NCBI GenBank assembly: GCA_028826165.1
Contig: JAPDFW010000033.1
Coordinates: 1 to 64,000, forward strand
Source: Anaeramoeba ignava BMAN
Taxonomy: Eukaryota > Protista > Anaeramoebae
DNA: 64,000 bases
Direction of reading: 5' to 3'
Both the position numbers and the translations under genes were made by a program. Positions 59,106 through 64,000 of the stretch are shown in pieces; within the stretch, counting starts at the first letter, position 1, and every line of letters begins with the position of its first letter. The notes beneath the pieces were generated by a model, which saw only the letters and a list, made by a program, of their open reading frames with translations, searched no databases and had not been told where the DNA came from.

Positions 59106-60937
59106 ATGAATTTAATTCAAATTGTAACAAATTATTTTCATAAAATGCTTTCTTCAGTTGAAGGATTCAAGATATTATTACTTGATGATAAAACAACACA
59201 ATTCATTTCAATACTTTTTTCACAAACAGAAATTTTAGGAAAAGAAGTAAATCAAAATAAAAAAAAAAGTGAAAAAATTTTAATCAAGAAAAGACAAAAA
59301 AAAACACAAAATAACGTTATTAGGTTTTTCTAGTTGATAAAATAAACAAAAGTAGAAGAGAAGAAATAAAGCATCTTCAAGCCATTTTTTTTATTCAACC
59401 AACAAATGAAAATATTGAAATTCTTGATTCGGAACTTTCTGAACCAAAATACGCAGGATATCACCTATTTTTCTCTAATATTCTGAATCAAAATCAGCTT
59501 GGATCACTTGCTCACTCGGACAAACATCGAATTGTGAAGCAAGTCCAAGAATTTTATATTGATTATCTTGCAATCAATGAATCACTATTTCAATTCAATA
59601 TTCCAAAAATTTCACATATTTTTAATTCTTCATTAGAAAACGATCCACTAATTGATTCACTTGCGGATCGGATACTTTCTGTGCTTTTATCACTGCAAAC
59701 ACGACCCAATATCCGATTCCAAACGCCATATAAAACAACACAAATACTTGCTCAAAAAATTGAGAGCAAAATCAGAAAACAAAATCAACTGTTTGATTTC
59801 TCTAGAAAAGATCAGGGATCAATATTGCTCATTCTGGACCGCAGAAGCGATCCCTTGACTCCGCTCTTGAATCAATGGACTTATCAAGCAATGCTTCATG
59901 AATTTTTTGGAATCAAATCAAATATCATTTCTTTAAAGCATTTGACTGGGATCAGAAAAGATATGGAAGAAATCGTTTTGTCGCCAAAAGAAGACCATTT
60001 CTACCATGAAAACATGTTCAAAAACTTCGGTGATTTAGGAGACTCAATGAAAAACTTAGTTGATGATTTCTCCAAAAAATACAAAATCACTCAAAATATT
60101 CAATCAATAGAAGAAATGAAAGCATTCATTTCCAAATACTCAGAGTTTCGATCTTCATCCATCTCCGTTTCAAAACATGTGACTCTTGTTTCTGAAATGT
60201 CGAGACAAATTGAGGCAAATTCCCTGTTCAAAGTTAGCGAAATCGAACAAGATCTCGCAGTATCTCAACAACAAAAAAAACATTTTTCTCAAATTTCAGA
60301 AATGCTCGAAAATCGGCAAATTTCTGATAAGGATGCGCTACGTCTGGCGCTGATCTACTCCTTGAGATATCACCAAAATACACAAAATATCTTCACTTTA
60401 CTGTCTCTTCTGGGAAACAGAGGTCTTCCAGAAAGAGATCTCGCACTTCTTTCTCAAATCCAAAAATTTTTCCATTCTCAAAAATCTTCGGAAGATATTT
60501 TTCACAATAAATCCTTTTTCACATCAACAAAGCACGCCATAAAACGCAAACTACAGGATATCGACAATGTTTTTACCCAGCACTCTCCATTGATTTCTGA
60601 TATTGTTTCAAGATTACAATCAAATACTTTGAGTGAAAAAAATTATCCTTTTTTATTAATTAATCCAAAAAAATCTCAATCTTCCTTCAAAACTCTCATC
60701 ATATTTATAATAGGTGGCGCTACTTATCATGAAGCAGCAACTATTCACATGTCAAATCTTCAGCTTGATCAGAATTTTCTCAACTCAAATTCAAATTTTA
60801 ACTCAAAAAATCAAAATGATAATTCTTTTTTTAATTTTTCAAAATTGGAAAAAAATCAAAATTTCCAAATTATTTTAGGAAGTAATTTTATACATAATTT
60901 CTCTTCTTTTCTTGATGAAATTCATAATTTTCGTTGA
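59106..60937 (+). CDS. VPS45: Sec1/Munc18-family protein Vps45
   Basis: KILLLDD, SQTEILGKEVFL, LLILDRRSDPLTPLLNQWTYQAMLHE, SKHVTLVSE and IIFIIGGATYHE. Intron 59247-59323. Confidence 0.93.
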
Positions 60938-61001
60938 TTAAAATTAAAATTATAATTATTTTTTTTAAATTTTTCATTTTTTTCAAAACAAAACAAAAAA
61001 A

Positions 61002-62587
61002 ATGTTTTTGAATTATTTCTTTTTCTTTTTTCTCTTATTTCTTTATGTAATGTTCCTTCTTCACTCATGGAAACCTTCTTTAGGCAAAGTATAATGAAAA
61101 TTTCTTTTATTATCTTATTATTATTATTATTTTAATTTTTTTAAATTTAAAACAAAAAAAAAAAAGAAACAAGAATTTTTTTATCAAAAAACAGTTAAAA
61201 ATTGTTATCAAAAACCTCAAATTTTTTGGAATAATTTCTTTAAGAATCCTTTTACTGAAACATCTTTTTCAATTAATTTTGTGATTTTATATCAAACTCT
61301 TTCAATATTTATTCCAAAAAAATATTTAGTTCTATCGCTTTTGAAACTAAAATTTTTAAATTCAATTTTTTCTTTTGGATCTTTTTTCTTATTTTATTAT
61401 TATTGCAAAATGCTTTATTTACAACAAACATTCCAATCAACTATAGCAACTACAAACCAACAAAGAGAAACTGTTTTTCGAGAGAAAACCTTTTTAATTG
61501 CTTTTTCTCCAATTTTCTTCTTTTCAAGTTTATTTTTTTCTCCAATTAATTCTTCCATTTTTTTCTTGTTTTTAACTTTTTTCTTTGCTCAAAAAAATCA
61601 AAATTTTTGGGCATTTCTTGTAAATATTAATTTTTCAATCACATTTCAAAAAATTTATTCATTTTCAATTCCAAAACAATTTTTCTTTTAGTTTGGTTTT
61701 TGGTCTTTATTTTCTGATTCTAAAAATATCTATTGGATCTGTTTTATTTATGGAGATCTTTTAATCAGAAATTTTGAATTCACAAATGGTTCAAATTATC
61801 GAAACTCCATTTTCGAATTCCTTTTTAATTTTATCAAATATAGTTTTAAAATTACATTATCTTCTTCATTTATTTTTTATCCAATTTTAATAATTTCTTT
61901 TCTCTTAATAACAGATTCCAAAAATTCAAGTAAAATTAAAATTTTATAATTAATTTAATTTAATTTATTTAATTTAATTTAATTTTTAATTTAGAAATAC
62001 AATTAAAAGCAAATTCTTTGGTTGATTTTTCACAATTTAAAAATTTTATTCTAATCACTTCCTTTCTTCAAATTGTTGAATTTCTTTTTGATTTTGTTAC
62101 AATTCTCAAAATTTTAAAATCTCAACTTACAAATCCACAACTTAAATATGTTTTATTAGCAATTTTTATTTTGTTACTTTTTTTAATACAAAACAATAAT
62201 TTATTCGATCAATCTCAACTGTCAAATTTTCGGAAATTTCCTTCTCCATTTAATTACACAATATTAATATTCTTTTCTTTTTTGAAACATTGGATTTTGC
62301 AATATATATTTTTTCCTCTTTTGTTTGAATTCTTTTTATGGTATTTATGGACATCATTGAAGATTTCAAGATCTTTTTTATGGAGAATTTGGTTTTTTTT
62401 CGTTGTTTTTCTTTATTCAACATTTTCTTCTTCAAATGCTTTATTCCTTGATTCTGAATTTTTTATTATTCCTTATTTACTCTTTAAACTTAATTCCAGA
62501 CATTATGATTCTTTTTTATTTCATTCTATTTTTCTATTTTTCTTTATTAATTCTTTCATTTTTCTTTTACTTTTAAAATTTAAATAA
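61002..62587 (+). CDS. Probable multi-exon, multi-pass membrane protein of unknown family
   Basis: ATG at 61002 followed by hydrophobic in-frame segments separated by GT-AG intervals (ORFs 61281-61691 and 62018-62587). Exon structure uncertain. Confidence 0.4.
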
Positions 62588-62754
62588 TTAATTAATTAAT
62601 TAACTAACTAAAATTTTAAAAATAATTGATATTAAGATTTTTTTTTTTTCTGTTTGAATTATTTATTCAAATTGATTATTGATTTTTGATTATTTTTTTT
62701 TTTTTGGAAAATTTTTGAAAAATTTGTTTTTGTTTTTTGAATTTATTTTTGAAT

Positions 62755-64000
62755 TTATTTTTGTTGACTGCAACAAGCAAATAATCCTGCTTTTTTCTTT
62801 TCTTCTCTTGGTGTTGGAGTTTGTGTTTGAGCTGCTTCTTTTGCTTTTTGGAATTCTTTCATTTTTTGAAGTAATAAATCTCTAATATCATTATTATGTG
62901 TCATTTGAATTGCATTTTTTCCCTAAAAGTAATTAATAAAAAATTTTTTTTATTTTTCAATATTTTCTATTCTCAATATTTTTCATTTAATTTTACAGCC
63001 TTTTTTTAATTTAATAAATAATAAATTTAATTAATAAATATTTTTTTATTTTTAAATTACATGATTAGCAATATTTAAATCAGGTTCTTTTAATAATAAA
63101 GTTTTAACAATTTCAGTATTCTCATTATCACAAGATATCATTAATGCTGTATCTCCCTTTTTTTTTTTTAAATAAAATGAATTAAATTCAAATCAAAATT
63201 AAAATCAAAATTAAAATTTTTACAAACTAAAATTCAATTTTCAATATAATTTTATTAAAAATATAAAATATATAAATAAATACATTATCTTGATGATTTA
63301 TATCAATTTTTTCTTTAAGTAACTGTTTCACAATAGAAACATGATTATGTAAACATGCGTATTGAAGTGCATTATCACCCTAGAATATAAACAATAATTT
63401 TCTTTTTTCATACTTATTTTCTCTATTTATTTCTTTTATAAATTAAGTTACATTCTTTTATCCAAAAAAAAAACATTTCAATTTAATTCAAAAAAAAAAT
63501 CTATTTTAATAAATCTAAAAATTACTTTCTAATAAAATAAATTTTAAATAAATAAATAAATCAAAAATTATTTTATTTCATTTTATTTCATTTTATTGAT
63601 TCAACTTTATCAGAAATATTCACATTTGCTCCATTCATTAGTAAAATTTTAACAATTTCTGTATGACCTTCTTGACTTGCAACTAATAAAGGAGTTGCAT
63701 TCTAAAAATAATGGAAAGTAATTAATAATTTAAAAATATTTACTTTTTTTTTTATTACATTCTAAATTGACAAGATTATAAATAAAGCAAAACAAAACAA
63801 AACAAAACAAAATAAAACAAAACAAAATTAAAACAAAATAAAACAAAACAAAACAAAACAAAATAAAACAAAATAAAATAAAAAACAAAATAAAATTAAA
63901 ACAAAATAAAACAAAACAAAACAAAATTAAAGCAAAAATTAAAGCAAAAATTACTCTATTGGGTTTATCAATTGTAATTTTTCTTTTAATTAATTCATTC
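62755..64000 (-). CDS. Ankyrin-repeat protein (3' part), one repeat per exon, with 5 three-nt microexons and a C-terminal CCSQQK
   Basis: Exons >64000-63955 (...IDKPNR), 63701-63606 (NATPLLVASQEGH...), 63379-63284 (GDNALQYAC...), 63156-63061 (GDTALMISC...) and 62922-62755 (GKNAIQMT...FACCSQQK*). Confidence 0.85.

Overview
Gene-dense, very AT-rich eukaryotic DNA with short spliceosomal introns, microsatellite-expanded introns and scattered homopolymer indels typical of a long-read assembly. The ankyrin-BTB genes and base composition resemble an Anaeramoeba-like protist, but that is inference only. Recognisable genes: VPS9-domain GEF, GT34-like glycosyltransferase, nucleoplasmin-like protein, importin-5, RapGAP, INO1, Rab11-like GTPase, RMC1/Mic1, DDX51/Dbp6, APC5, p24, Vps45, two ankyrin-BTB genes, a BTB-coiled-coil-ARM gene, a ~2300-aa type-I surface protein and a partial ankyrin gene. 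Main discovery: in two ankyrin genes (minus strand, ~1448-4086 and 62755-64000) each repeat sits on its own exon, and the missing beta-hairpin-tip residues are supplied by 16 single-codon (3-nt) microexons, each flanked by AG and GT. Their number matches what the ankyrin consensus needs at 9 of 10 junctions. Also found: a U12-type AT-AC intron in importin-5, a one-ARM-per-exon cassette array whose variation concentrates on predicted binding-groove positions, a TIR-bounded MITE-like element, and two related satellite arrays.
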